Part shown: positions 28,394 to 37,315 of the stretch, in pieces
How positions within the stretch are numbered: the stretch's first letter is position 1
How the letters are laid out: the number at the start of each line of letters is the position of its first letter
From: Patescibacteria group bacterium
Lineage (GTDB): Bacteria; Patescibacteriota; Minisyncoccia; 2-02-FULL-40-12; IGHO2-01-FULL-4-A
DNA length: 64,000 bases
Reading direction: 5' to 3'
Assembly (NCBI GenBank): GCA_038064915.1
Contig: JBBTSB010000006.1
Location: forward strand, 4,864-68,863
Program-made: the position numbers and the translations under genes
The notes under the pieces: generated by a model
Told to the model about the DNA's origin: nothing
Databases searched by the model: none
Seen by the model: the letters and a program-made list of their open reading frames with translations, nothing else

Positions 28394-29201
28394 AATCCTT
28401 TAAACTCATTGGCTGTCTGCCCTCCGGTTGTAAAGTGATAATTTCATTAGGTTTGTATTCTAGTATCTTAACACGTTTTCCCTTATGTAAAAACCACAGT
28501 CCCGGCCAGTCGTGGTAGGCGCGAAATTGATTGTAAATCTCCTGTGGTGTGCGTGACCAATCAATTTTTCCATCTTCGCGATTGAGCATTTTGGTATGTG
28601 TTGCTTTGCTGTGATCCTGCGTCACCGGCTTAATTTTCCCAGCAATATAATCCGGAATTATTTTTAACAGCAATTCCGCCCCTAAATTTGCAAGTTCATC
28701 TCTTATCTCCGTATGTAATTTGTTATTTGTAATTTGATATTTGATATTTCCCACGATGGGTCCATGGTCCATTTCGCTATCCAACTCAATGATCGTCACA
28801 CCAGTCGTCTCGTCGCCATTGTAGATTGCCGTCTTGATAGGGGATGGTCCTCGGTATTTTGGTAGTAGCGACGGATGAATATTGAGAAAACCGTGCTTGG
28901 GCTTTTTGAGGAGTTTGCCCGGAATGATTTTGCCGTACACCACAACCACACCTAGATCACAATCCGGCATCTCAAAGTCCTTGAGCCGAGCGGGCTGCAA
29001 CAGGGCTAGCTTATAGCTTATAGCTTGTAGCTTCACTGCGGAAGCTTTTAACTCCTTCTTTCTTCCCGCTCTCTCATCGGGTGGCGTCACGACAGCTTTG
29101 ATATCAAAACCAGCCTCGACAAGCTTTTGAAGCACAAGAGCAGCAAAATCGTCAGTCCCGAAGAAGACGATCTTTGATGAGTGTTCCTTGAAGGTGGTCA
29201 T
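28362..29201 (-). CDS. fmt: Methionyl-tRNA formyltransferase
   Basis: IVFFGTDDFA... and NIHPSLLPKYRGPSPI formyltransferase motifs. Adjacent to def. Confidence 0.85.
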   Translation of the reverse strand: MTTFKEHSSKIVFFGTDDFAALVLQKLVEAGFDIKAVVTPPDERAGRKKELKASAVKLQAISYKLALLQPARLKDFEMPDCDLGVVVVYGKIIPGKLLKKPKHGFLNIHPSLLPKYRGPSPIKTAIYNGDETTGVTIIELDSEMDHGPIVGNIKYQITNNKLHTEIRDELANLGAELLLKIIPDYIAGKIKPVTQDHSKATHTKMLNREDGKIDWSRTPQEIYNQFRAYHDWPGLWFLHKGKRVKILEYKPNEIITLQPEGRQPMSLKDFENGYGKINT

Positions 29202-29604
29202 ATTCGTGTTGAAAAATGCGCGCGAGAAATCCGCGGGCTTTGAGCTTGATTTTATTACCGTGCTCGTCGAGCGCTTTAAGACGGACTTTTTTTGAGCGGG
29301 GGATTTGCCTCCAATAATCGGGCATACTCAAGCAGCCCTCCTCCATCTCATCCTTGTCCCGCGAAAACTCGTTCATCTCCGGATTAATGTATGCATCCGG
29401 CACCTTGTGCTCCTCGGCGATTTTTTTGTCGATAATAAAAATTTGGAGATCTTTGCCCACCTGATTTGCCGCCAGTCCCACACCCTTTGCCTCGATCATC
29501 GTCTTGCGCATCTCTTCGATCAATTCCAAAATCTCCGGCGTAATCTCTCCAACCGGTTCCAGTTTTTTATGGAGGATTTTATTGGGCTCCTTGGTGATTT
29601 GCAT
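29152..29604 (-). CDS. def: Peptide deformylase
   Basis: Three Def motifs: GVGLAANQVG, EGCLS, HEYDHLQG. Confidence 0.85.
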   Translation of the reverse strand: MQITKEPNKILHKKLEPVGEITPEILELIEEMRKTMIEAKGVGLAANQVGKDLQIFIIDKKIAEEHKVPDAYINPEMNEFSRDKDEMEEGCLSMPDYWRQIPRSKKVRLKALDEHGNKIKLKARGFLARIFQHEYDHLQGTLIKDRLLRD

Positions 29605-29676
29605 CTACCAAATGTATACCATTTCTTGAAGAAAATTGACAGATCAGGTAGGATAGGGCTGCCTGGAAGGAGGAGC

Positions 29677-29898
29677 ATGGAGAAAATCACGGTAATTCGC
29701 GAAAAGGACCGGGGAATGGTCGAGTTGATTGGCGTCCCCGAGCACCGACGAGGTGAGTTGTCTCGTGTAGCGTTAGCCATTGGAGCCGAAAGGGTGGAGT
29801 ACGCTGGCAATGATCGGTGCGCCACGATTGTCTTTACCTTCGCTGGCGGAAAGAGTATCACGTCGATGGGATTGGCAACGTTCCGGGTCTCCGAGTAG
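29677..29898 (+). CDS. Small GC-rich hypothetical protein with a canonical RBS
   Basis: 74 aa (MEKITVIREKDRGMVELIGVPEH...). GGAAGGAGGAGC then ATG. Composition is clearly more GC-rich than the flanks. A GGCCGCGA...TCGCGGCC hairpin follows. Confidence 0.35.
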   Translation: MEKITVIREKDRGMVELIGVPEHRRGELSRVALAIGAERVEYAGNDRCATIVFTFAGGKSITSMGLATFRVSE

Positions 29899-29965
29899 GA
29901 GACCACAGGGCCGCGATTACTGCAGAGGTTCACGAGATGAGCCCGAGCATCTCGCGGCCTTTGCA

Positions 29966-31303
29966 TTACACGACCGTGATTGGGTCTACGTCAATTTGCC
30001 AGTCGGGGGGGAGGTTACGCAGAAGGTTTAAAGTTTCAGGTTTAAAGTTTAAAGTGGGGGCGCTCTTCAGAAGTACATTCCAGACATAAAGTCCGCGTTC
30101 GCGGAAAATGAGGGCGGGGTAGGGGACGCCGCCGAGTTTCGTGGCCATGTTTTGTGCGACTTGTTTTGCGATTCTTGCGTCACGATTCTTATACGTAAGT
30201 TTTATGAGTTTCGTAAACGGGGGATAATCAAACTGTTTGCGGAACTCCAGCTCGCGCTTCCAAAACTCGTCTACGGTTCCCGTCGCGGCGGCTACGAGTG
30301 CCGGATCTTCGGGATTGTAGGTTTGGATGATCGTGCGTTCGGACATGGAGGCCAGGAGGAGGGTTTGTTTGAGGAGCTTCTCTTCAGCACTGTAATCAGG
30401 GATATTAATTAATGCATCTGCATTCATGATGCAGAGAAAAGGCACTTTAATGTTTTGATTAAAAATACTTTGCGTGGCAAGCAAAATTTGCCAGTCTTCA
30501 CCGATCTTCTTTGACTCCGAGGTAAGCTTCGCGATTTTTGGAGCTTTTAGATTTTGATAGTTAAAGAATTTGAGGAGTTCGGTTTCTACTTTTTCTATTC
30601 CTACGCCACGACCTTTCAAATTATATCCTTTGCACTTTGGGCATTGTTTTGGTTGTGGCACTTGGTAACCGCAATGGTGACACTCCAAATTTTGATGAAC
30701 AACTAACGATGCGGAGCAGCTGGGGCAGGTAAACATGTGGCCGCATGATTCACATCGTAGAAAATTTGCGTAGCCTTTGCGCGGGATGAAGATAATAATT
30801 TTATCGTAGGTTTGCAAAGCCTCTTTGAGATGACGAGAAAAAATAGAGTAGTTTGCATCGCGTATCTCTTTTCTCATGTCTACGATCCGTATCTCCCCCC
30901 GCCCCCTCTTATCGGTAAGAGGGGGAAGGTCCAGAATTGGACCTGGGGAGATATATTTCTTGAAGTTTTTCTCTTCTGGATGCAGGAAAACCGCTCGCAT
31001 AGTAAGACCGAGAGAGATGAGGTAGTAGTCAGAAAGCTCTTGGGCTTTTTTGATGTGCTCTCCGGTGACGTTTTTTTTGAGAACTTTATCGATTTTTTTG
31101 AGAGTAAAATCAGCCTGCTTTTTAAATTGCAGTTTGCGCTCGGCAAGTGAGGCGGAAGCGACCACGACTGCTTTGATTTTGCGATTGTGAAACAAAACCT
31201 GGACGACGGAACCAACCGGCAGGGGAGTAGAGTGGAAATAGCTCACGATTTGGGGTTGATTCCGGGGCAGGAAAACAAGGGGTATGACGTCCAAAATAAC
31301 CAT
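29966..31303 (-). CDS. priA: Primosomal protein N' (PriA)-like protein lacking helicase lobe 1 (no Walker A/B)
   Basis: N-terminus is the PriA 3'BD-like domain (PLPVGSVVQVLFHNRKIKAVVV). Cys-rich CxxC x4 region CESCGH..CPSC..CHHCGY..CPKC. Helicase lobe 2/C-terminal domain with IIIFIPRKGYANFLRC. No GxxGxGK(T/S) anywhere in 445 aa. Confidence 0.55.
   Translation of the reverse strand: MVILDVIPLVFLPRNQPQIVSYFHSTPLPVGSVVQVLFHNRKIKAVVVASASLAERKLQFKKQADFTLKKIDKVLKKNVTGEHIKKAQELSDYYLISLGLTMRAVFLHPEEKNFKKYISPGPILDLPPLTDKRGRGEIRIVDMRKEIRDANYSIFSRHLKEALQTYDKIIIFIPRKGYANFLRCESCGHMFTCPSCSASLVVHQNLECHHCGYQVPQPKQCPKCKGYNLKGRGVGIEKVETELLKFFNYQNLKAPKIAKLTSESKKIGEDWQILLATQSIFNQNIKVPFLCIMNADALINIPDYSAEEKLLKQTLLLASMSERTIIQTYNPEDPALVAAATGTVDEFWKRELEFRKQFDYPPFTKLIKLTYKNRDARIAKQVAQNMATKLGGVPYPALIFRERGLYVWNVLLKSAPTLNFKPETLNLLRNLPPDWQIDVDPITVV
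30902..30925. repeat. GC-rich palindromic hairpin element, class 1 (CCCCCTCTTA-TCGG-TAAGAGGGGG), in-frame inside priA
   Basis: 10-bp stem with a 4-nt loop. Its reverse complement shares 20 bp with the 12850 element. Encodes PPLTDKRGRG in the priA frame at the junction where the ATPase lobe is missing. Confidence 0.7.
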
Positions 31304-31317
31304 GGTATAATGCTACT

Positions 31318-32559
31318 ATGAACCCCGCAGAAATACGAGTCCGTTTTCCGCCCTCGCCCACGGGCTTTTTACACATAGGCAATATACGCACCTTTGTGTT
31401 TAATTGGCTATTTGCAAAACAAAACAAGGGCATGATTGTGCTGCGTATGGAGGATACCGATAGGGAACGGTCTGAAAAACATTTTGAAAAATTAATTATT
31501 GAGGATTTGAAGTGGCTCGGTTTGGATTATGATGAATTTGGTGGCCGCCAAAGCGAAAGAACGGACATTTACAACAAATACCTCAAGCAATTACTTGATT
31601 CGGGTGAGGCTTACGAAGATGACGGTGCAATAAAAATAAAAGTTGATACGGGTAAAACGATTATTTTTGATGATGTCATCCGAGGTCGTATAGAATTTGA
31701 TACAAAGCATGAAAAGGATTTTGTGATAGCGCGAAATCTCGACTCGCCGCTATATCACCTCGCAGTGGTAGTGGATGATTACGAAATGCGGATTTCACAT
31801 ATTATTCGTGGCGAGGATCATATTGCGAATACGGCAAAGCATATCTTACTTCAAGAGGCACTGGGATTTACTTCGCCGATCTATGCGCATTTGCCGCTGA
31901 TTCTTGGTTCTGACAAATCAAAGCTCTCCAAGCGTCATGGGGCAGTGGCACTCGATGAATATAAAGAGCAGGGCTTCCTACCTGATGCGATGTTTAATTA
32001 TCTTGCGATACTTGGCTATACGCCGTCGGCAGAAATTATTTCTCGGGAAGAACTCATCAAAGAATTTGAGCTTACCAAAATCCATAAAGCGGGCGCGGTG
32101 TTTGATATCAAGAAGCTGGAATGGATAAATGGAGAATACATAAAGAAAATGTCGAATGATGAACTGTTGGCGACGATCGGACAGAAGTATGAAAAGATAT
32201 TGCCGATGGTGCGAGAGCGGATGAAAAAAAAGAGCGATCTTGAAGAGTTTGATTTCTTCTTTGAAGCTCCGACGGTAGATCCTGAACTCTTGAAGTGGAA
32301 AAAAGCCAGCCTCGAAGAATCAAAAGCAATGCTTGCACAGGTGAAAGAAATAATAGAACAAACCGGTTTAGAAGATATACGTGCAAAATTGGATGCCATA
32401 GGGGCAGGGGATAGGGGACTCGTTTATTGGCCCTTTCGGGTGGCTTTGAGCGGCCGCAAGGCATCGCCTGATCCCGTAGATATTGCTATAATACTTGGTA
32501 AAGATGAAGTTCTGCGAAGAATTGAAAATGTAAATATCAAAGATCAAAATGACAACTAA
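31318..32559 (+). CDS. gltX: Glutamate--tRNA ligase
   Basis: PSPTGFLHIGN (HIGH motif) and KLSKR (KMSKS motif). 413 aa. Confidence 0.85.
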   Translation: MNPAEIRVRFPPSPTGFLHIGNIRTFVFNWLFAKQNKGMIVLRMEDTDRERSEKHFEKLIIEDLKWLGLDYDEFGGRQSERTDIYNKYLKQLLDSGEAYEDDGAIKIKVDTGKTIIFDDVIRGRIEFDTKHEKDFVIARNLDSPLYHLAVVVDDYEMRISHIIRGEDHIANTAKHILLQEALGFTSPIYAHLPLILGSDKSKLSKRHGAVALDEYKEQGFLPDAMFNYLAILGYTPSAEIISREELIKEFELTKIHKAGAVFDIKKLEWINGEYIKKMSNDELLATIGQKYEKILPMVRERMKKKSDLEEFDFFFEAPTVDPELLKWKKASLEESKAMLAQVKEIIEQTGLEDIRAKLDAIGAGDRGLVYWPFRVALSGRKASPDPVDIAIILGKDEVLRRIENVNIKDQNDN

Positions 32560-33814
32560 AAATTCAAGAATTATTTATTTTGCACTGTCATTTTTCATTT
32601 TGATATTTGCATTTTCAATTTTACCTGTGCGCGCCGATGAAATTGAGGACAAGATCGCTGAACTGCGTGAAAAAATCGAAGAGCTCACCAAACAAGCCGA
32701 AATGTATCGAGGAAATGTGCTTGAGAAACAAAAGGAAGCCGACACACTTAAGCGCCAAATTGATATTCTCAACAACCAAATCAAGCGTTTGGAAACGGAA
32801 ATCGATATCACCGAAAATCGCATTTTATCTTCAGAAATGGAGATTGGCGATCTACAGGAGAAAATTTTTGATGCACAACATGATATCGAATTCACACGAG
32901 CTACTATCGGACAAATGATGACTGACCTGGACGAAAGGGATCGACTCAATATGCTTGCCACCATCATCAAGAATCCAAATTTGTCAGGATTTACAAATGA
33001 AGCGCAGCGTGCAGAGACCCTTAATGGGCGATTGAACCAATTACTGGTTCAAATTAAAGATCAAAAGATACAGCTTGAGGAAAGGAAAAAAAGTGTTGAA
33101 CAAAAAAAAGTGGAGTTGGAAAAACTCAATGATCGCCAGGTCAACCAACGTGCCTCACTATCGGGAACTAAATCCTCCAAAAATAGACTTCTGGTCGATA
33201 CCAAGGGCCAGGAAAGTAAATATCAGCAACTATTGAGTTCTGTAGAAAAACAAAAAGCTGCATTCTTTGCCGAACTCCAGGGTATGGAAAACAGCGCAAT
33301 CGCAAACGGAACCGTTATTGTACACGTTAAAGCGACGGCCGTCCCTCCCCGTGGCACAAAAATTTTTCAGGAGCCCTATCATGATAAGTTTTATACCACC
33401 CAAGGATATGGGATGACCTCCTATGCGAAAAGGGGAGCGTATGGAGGGGCGATTCATAATGGGCGTGACGTTGCTAGCGGATGCAGTAGTGCCATATATG
33501 CGATTGGAAATGGTGTTGTGCTTGCGAGCGGATATAATGCAGGTTTTGGAAATTGGATTGCAATACGGCACGACGCTGGCGGGGGAATGGTCAGTGTGTA
33601 TGCGCACATGGTGCGTGGGACAACGCTTAGCAACGGAAAACTCGTGACTACAGAAACTGTGCTTGGCTATGAAGGCACCACCGGAACCTCTACGGGATGC
33701 CATTTGCATCTTTCCCTCTATCGAGAGTTTTTCACTTATATAAATACAAAAAACGATCAACTCTACTTCAATTACGCAAACGGATCTTTGAATCCCGTTG
33801 ACTACATTAAATAG
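32549..33814 (+). CDS. M23 family peptidoglycan hydrolase with an N-terminal coiled coil (EnvC-like)
   Basis: Signal/TM, long coiled-coil region, C-terminal LytM domain (HNGRDV..., GNWIAIRHDAGGGMVSVYAHM, GTSTGCHLHL). Confidence 0.75.
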   Translation: MTTKNSRIIYFALSFFILIFAFSILPVRADEIEDKIAELREKIEELTKQAEMYRGNVLEKQKEADTLKRQIDILNNQIKRLETEIDITENRILSSEMEIGDLQEKIFDAQHDIEFTRATIGQMMTDLDERDRLNMLATIIKNPNLSGFTNEAQRAETLNGRLNQLLVQIKDQKIQLEERKKSVEQKKVELEKLNDRQVNQRASLSGTKSSKNRLLVDTKGQESKYQQLLSSVEKQKAAFFAELQGMENSAIANGTVIVHVKATAVPPRGTKIFQEPYHDKFYTTQGYGMTSYAKRGAYGGAIHNGRDVASGCSSAIYAIGNGVVLASGYNAGFGNWIAIRHDAGGGMVSVYAHMVRGTTLSNGKLVTTETVLGYEGTTGTSTGCHLHLSLYREFFTYINTKNDQLYFNYANGSLNPVDYIK

Positions 33815-34118
33815 ATGTGGTCTTATCTCCTACCTGTGGATAACTATTATAAAGGTTGTCGCACAATGTAGGCAGGGAAGGGGTACAAATGTCGAATGAC
33901 GAATTCCTAATGACGAATCAATTTCCTAATGTTTCAATAATTTAAACATTGATTCGACATTCATCATTCGAAATTAGTCATTGCTGGCGATCTGTACATC
34001 CTAGGTTATATCCATATCCAGTACTCACCAGCTTAGCATATGTCGCATAAGTATCATTGTGCGACGCATAGCAATAGCTCGAAACCTCTATTCCCCATCG
34101 ATGTGATACAATAGAGCG

Positions 34119-34916
34119 ATGTATTATAGAGATCTGAATGAATTCAAATCCTCCAACGGGTATGAGATAGATGGGATGTGGTACCCCAGGGTCACAGCTA
34201 TCGTGTCTATAAAGTCAAAACCAGCCCTTTATAAATTTTACGCGGATCAGAAAAGCTTTGCTTCTGCGGAAGCCATGAAAAATAAGTCTGCCGAAGAGGG
34301 AACTCTGGTCCACGAGCTTGCGGAGGGCATTTTGGCGGGGCAATCCCCTGTCATTCCAGATTCCTACGCGGCTCTTATGGACGCATTTCATGTATTTTTA
34401 CAGCAGCATGATATTGTTCCGCGCAGTATTGAGCGCAAAATCATCAGTCACAAGCATGGTTATGCAGGGACGATTGATGTACTGGCTGAAGTGGATGGGA
34501 AAATAGGTGTTTTGGATATAAAGACTTCACAGGCAATCTATCGCGACTATGGAATCCAAACGGCCGCGTATGTGGAGGCGCTTCATGAGGAAGAAAATAT
34601 GCCTTCGCTCACGCGGTGGATTTTGCGCTTGGACCAGGCGCGCCTCTGTATGAACGGTTGTGGGGCGCGGATGCGGGACAAAGGCGGGACAGAAAAAATA
34701 AAAAATGGGTATGGATATAAGGCTCGTAGTTGCAGTCACGTCTGGGGTGCATCGGTCGGCGATGTGGAACTCAAAGAACTCCCCGACCTCGCACATGATA
34801 CCCAGGCCTTCTTGGCCTCCAAAACCCTCTGGGAATGGGAACACCATGACTGGCTGCGTCATCTGCCACGTATCAACGCTGACAATTCCCTGCCAGAGAG
34901 TACCCCGCCGCTATAG
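34119..34916 (+). CDS. PD-(D/E)xK nuclease, RecB/Cas4-like family
   Basis: Nuclease motifs: E in GTLVHELAEG, D in GYAGTIDVL, D-x-K in VLDIKTS, QxxxY in QAIYRDY / QTAAY. C-terminal C-x3-C...C-x-H cluster. Confidence 0.5.
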   Translation: MYYRDLNEFKSSNGYEIDGMWYPRVTAIVSIKSKPALYKFYADQKSFASAEAMKNKSAEEGTLVHELAEGILAGQSPVIPDSYAALMDAFHVFLQQHDIVPRSIERKIISHKHGYAGTIDVLAEVDGKIGVLDIKTSQAIYRDYGIQTAAYVEALHEEENMPSLTRWILRLDQARLCMNGCGARMRDKGGTEKIKNGYGYKARSCSHVWGASVGDVELKELPDLAHDTQAFLASKTLWEWEHHDWLRHLPRINADNSLPESTPPL

Positions 34917-35262
34917 CGGCGGATTCGTTGGGGAAGGTAATTTTGTTTTTTTCGGCAATGCGCTTGGCGCCAGAGCACCAGGTAAAGTGGTAGAGGTGGC
35001 TGGAGGCGGCTTTGGAGGCAACGACAGTCTGGTCTTTAGCGGTCGGACCGCTAGATTCCGAATTAAGCGGTCCGACCGCTTGTCCGCTTGCATTCGGGCT
35101 CGAGATCGTCAGCGGTAGCTTAGCTACTTGATTCCCTACGGACATGCGGCCAAGGTTGAAGCTGATTATTGTTATGGAAATGATGGCTATGCCAAGGGTG
35201 AGTTCAGAGTGATAGACTTTGACGAATTCTTTAATCTTTGCTATCATATAGTAAGTATACAA
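34873..35262 (-). CDS. Membrane-anchored protein with a C-terminal Ada-type zinc-binding domain
   Basis: N-terminal TM LGIAIISITIISF. The C-terminal YHFTWCSGAKRIAEKNKITFPNESAAIAAGYSLAGNC matches the Ada_Zn_binding pattern YH...C...F...E.A..AGY..C..C. Confidence 0.45.
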   Translation of the reverse strand: MYTYYMIAKIKEFVKVYHSELTLGIAIISITIISFNLGRMSVGNQVAKLPLTISSPNASGQAVGPLNSESSGPTAKDQTVVASKAASSHLYHFTWCSGAKRIAEKNKITFPNESAAIAAGYSLAGNCQR

Positions 35263-35355
35263 TTTCTAAATACTAATATCTAATTTCTAAACAAACCTTA
35301 AATCACAAGTCCCAATTTAGAGTTTAGGATTTAGAGCTTAGAATTTTCCAGAGAT

Positions 35356-35628
35356 ATGGCACATACAAAAGCAGGTTCGACAACAAAACTCGGTCGCGAT
35401 TCGGAATCAAAACGCCTTGGCGTAAAGCTTTATGCGGGCCAAGTTGCTATTCCCGGTAATATCATCATCCGCCAGCGCGGATCGAAGTTTGTTGCCGGAA
35501 CCGGCGTACGAATAGGCAAAGATGACACCTTGTATGCCGTCAAGTCTGGAAAAGTAAATTTTACTACTCGTAAAAAGAAAAACTACGACGGCAACACGCG
35601 CACTGTCAAAGTGGTTGCAGTTGTCTGA
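35356..35628 (+). CDS. rpmA: 50S ribosomal protein L27
   Basis: [29 protein letters not shown]... is the canonical L27 sequence. Confidence 0.9.
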   Translation: MAHTKAGSTTKLGRDSESKRLGVKLYAGQVAIPGNIIIRQRGSKFVAGTGVRIGKDDTLYAVKSGKVNFTTRKKKNYDGNTRTVKVVAVV

Positions 35629-36011
35629 TGTAGTTTAAGTTCAACCTTATGCTCCCCCACTGTCTTGATCGGTTGGTCCAAGAGAACTTGATCGGACGGT
35701 ATGTTGATCGCGTGGGCGATTTTTTTTGCATCTATAGAACCGTATAAATGACCTTCTTGATTGGCACTTTCTTTGAATTCAATGACTGTATCCTTTAGTT
35801 TTTCTGCGAGCTCTTTGGCTTGAGCCATGGATCGAATATCTACTTCTTCGCGTTGTTTTTTGAGTCCCTCGGCTTCCTTGGCGACGTCACGTGTTGCCGG
35901 TTTGGCAAGCTTGTGAGGTAGCAAATAATTCCTCGCGTATCCATCGGAAACCTCTTTGATATCCCCTATTTGCGCAACCCCTTTGATATTGTGGGTGAAT
36001 AAAACCTTCAT
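35583..36011 (-). CDS. rplI: 50S ribosomal protein L9
   Basis: [32 protein letters not shown] is the L9 N-terminal domain. Confidence 0.85.
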   Translation of the reverse strand: MKVLFTHNIKGVAQIGDIKEVSDGYARNYLLPHKLAKPATRDVAKEAEGLKKQREEVDIRSMAQAKELAEKLKDTVIEFKESANQEGHLYGSIDAKKIAHAINIPSDQVLLDQPIKTVGEHKVELKLHQTTATTLTVRVLPS

Positions 36012-37315
36012 AGTGATTTGATTAATTCTAATGCTTTATCAAGTTGCGGATCGAGATCTTTTTCAAAATCTTCCTCCGTTCGTTCTACCGCGACATTGGG
36101 CTCTATTCCATTTTCATCAATGGAAGATCCATTTGGCGTAAACCACTTGGCAAACGTGATCTTTACCGATGCACCTTGGGGAAGATTAAAGATATCCTGT
36201 ACGGAGCCTTTCCCGAAAGATGTCTCCCCAACCAGGGCAATATTCCGATTGTCTCGCAATGCGCCGGCGAGAATTTCCGAAGCAGACGCAGAACCTTTGT
36301 TGATGAGAATAACCACAGGATAGTTTTTGAGAAGTGCATTTCGCTCCGTCTTGAAAATCGTTTCACTGCCACTTCCCTCTCGCTGGATTGTAACCGTTTT
36401 TCCTTCATCGAGGAAGTAGCCGGCCAAATTGACGGCAGAATCCAGAAGTCCCCCGGGATTGTTACGAAGATCTAATACGATTCGAGTTGCAGAAGACTTG
36501 GTAATTTCCACAGCTGCCTTGTGGAATTCCTCGTCAACGTTTTGATTGAAAACAAGTACTTGGAGATAGGCCACGCTGCCATTTTTGAGCTCCCATTCCA
36601 CCGCGGGGATTTTGATGGTTTCACGTGTCAGTTGAACCTCCTTGGTGGTCTTGAGTGATTCACGAAAGATCGTCAGGGTTACCGTGGTGCCCTTCGGACC
36701 ACGAATGAGTGTGACCGCTTCTTGAACCTTCATGCCTTCGGTAGATTTGTCGTCGATTTTGATAATTCTATCTCCAGCCAAAAGACCAGCGCTATACGCC
36801 GGCGTGTCTTTGATAGGCGCAATCACGGTTAGTACGTTGTCCCTCATGCCAATCTCAATACCCACACCTCCAAATGCGCCTTGGATTTGTTCCGTAAACG
36901 CCTTACTTTCAACGGGAGGGAAAAATACCGTATACGGGTCATCCAGACTGCCAACCATGCCCTCAATAGCGCCGTACACGAGGTCTTGAGTTTTGACGTT
37001 GTCTTTATCAACAAAGTTCTCATGCAGTAAATTCCAAACATGCCAAAATGTGCCGAGATCAACATCTTCGGGTTTCGTCGCGTCGAATCGTTGTTCCTCA
37101 TACCTGTCGTACGCCAATCCCCCGCCAAATCCTACGGCGAGACATATGACGATGATGATGGGAGTGAGATATTTTTTCGAGACCACTTTTTGAAAAACTT
37201 CATGGCGCTCGCTATGTGCCATAAGGTTGTTTTGTTCCATGACGTAGATGTTCGGGGGTAATAATGATAAAAAATGGCCTGAGGATAGTAGACCACCATG
37301 TATCCATTGTGCCAA
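36008..37315 (-). CDS. Carboxy-terminal processing peptidase (S41 family, Ctp)
   Basis: TM anchor, PDZ domain, and S41 catalytic region (GSASASEILAGALRDN...LVGETSFGKG). The start is uncertain; the listed ORF overlaps the upstream GT2 gene by about 180 bp, so the true start is probably downstream (about 37222 to 37240). Confidence 0.7.
   Translation of the reverse strand: MAQWIHGGLLSSGHFLSLLPPNIYVMEQNNLMAHSERHEVFQKVVSKKYLTPIIIVICLAVGFGGGLAYDRYEEQRFDATKPEDVDLGTFWHVWNLLHENFVDKDNVKTQDLVYGAIEGMVGSLDDPYTVFFPPVESKAFTEQIQGAFGGVGIEIGMRDNVLTVIAPIKDTPAYSAGLLAGDRIIKIDDKSTEGMKVQEAVTLIRGPKGTTVTLTIFRESLKTTKEVQLTRETIKIPAVEWELKNGSVAYLQVLVFNQNVDEEFHKAAVEITKSSATRIVLDLRNNPGGLLDSAVNLAGYFLDEGKTVTIQREGSGSETIFKTERNALLKNYPVVILINKGSASASEILAGALRDNRNIALVGETSFGKGSVQDIFNLPQGASVKITFAKWFTPNGSSIDENGIEPNVAVERTEEDFEKDLDPQLDKALELIKSL

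Noticed and set aside
28996-29040. AGCTTAT x3.5 tandem repeat inside fmt
   Set aside because: The total is a multiple of 3 (21 bp) and encodes an in-frame ..AISYKLALLQ.. segment. Too short and too isolated to call a functional simple-sequence repeat.
33815-34118. Intergenic dyad-symmetry region considered as oriC or as an att site of an inserted element
   Set aside because: No DnaA boxes here, no direct repeat of flanking sequence found, and no recombinase adjacent. Kept only as context for the nuclease/Ada-like module.
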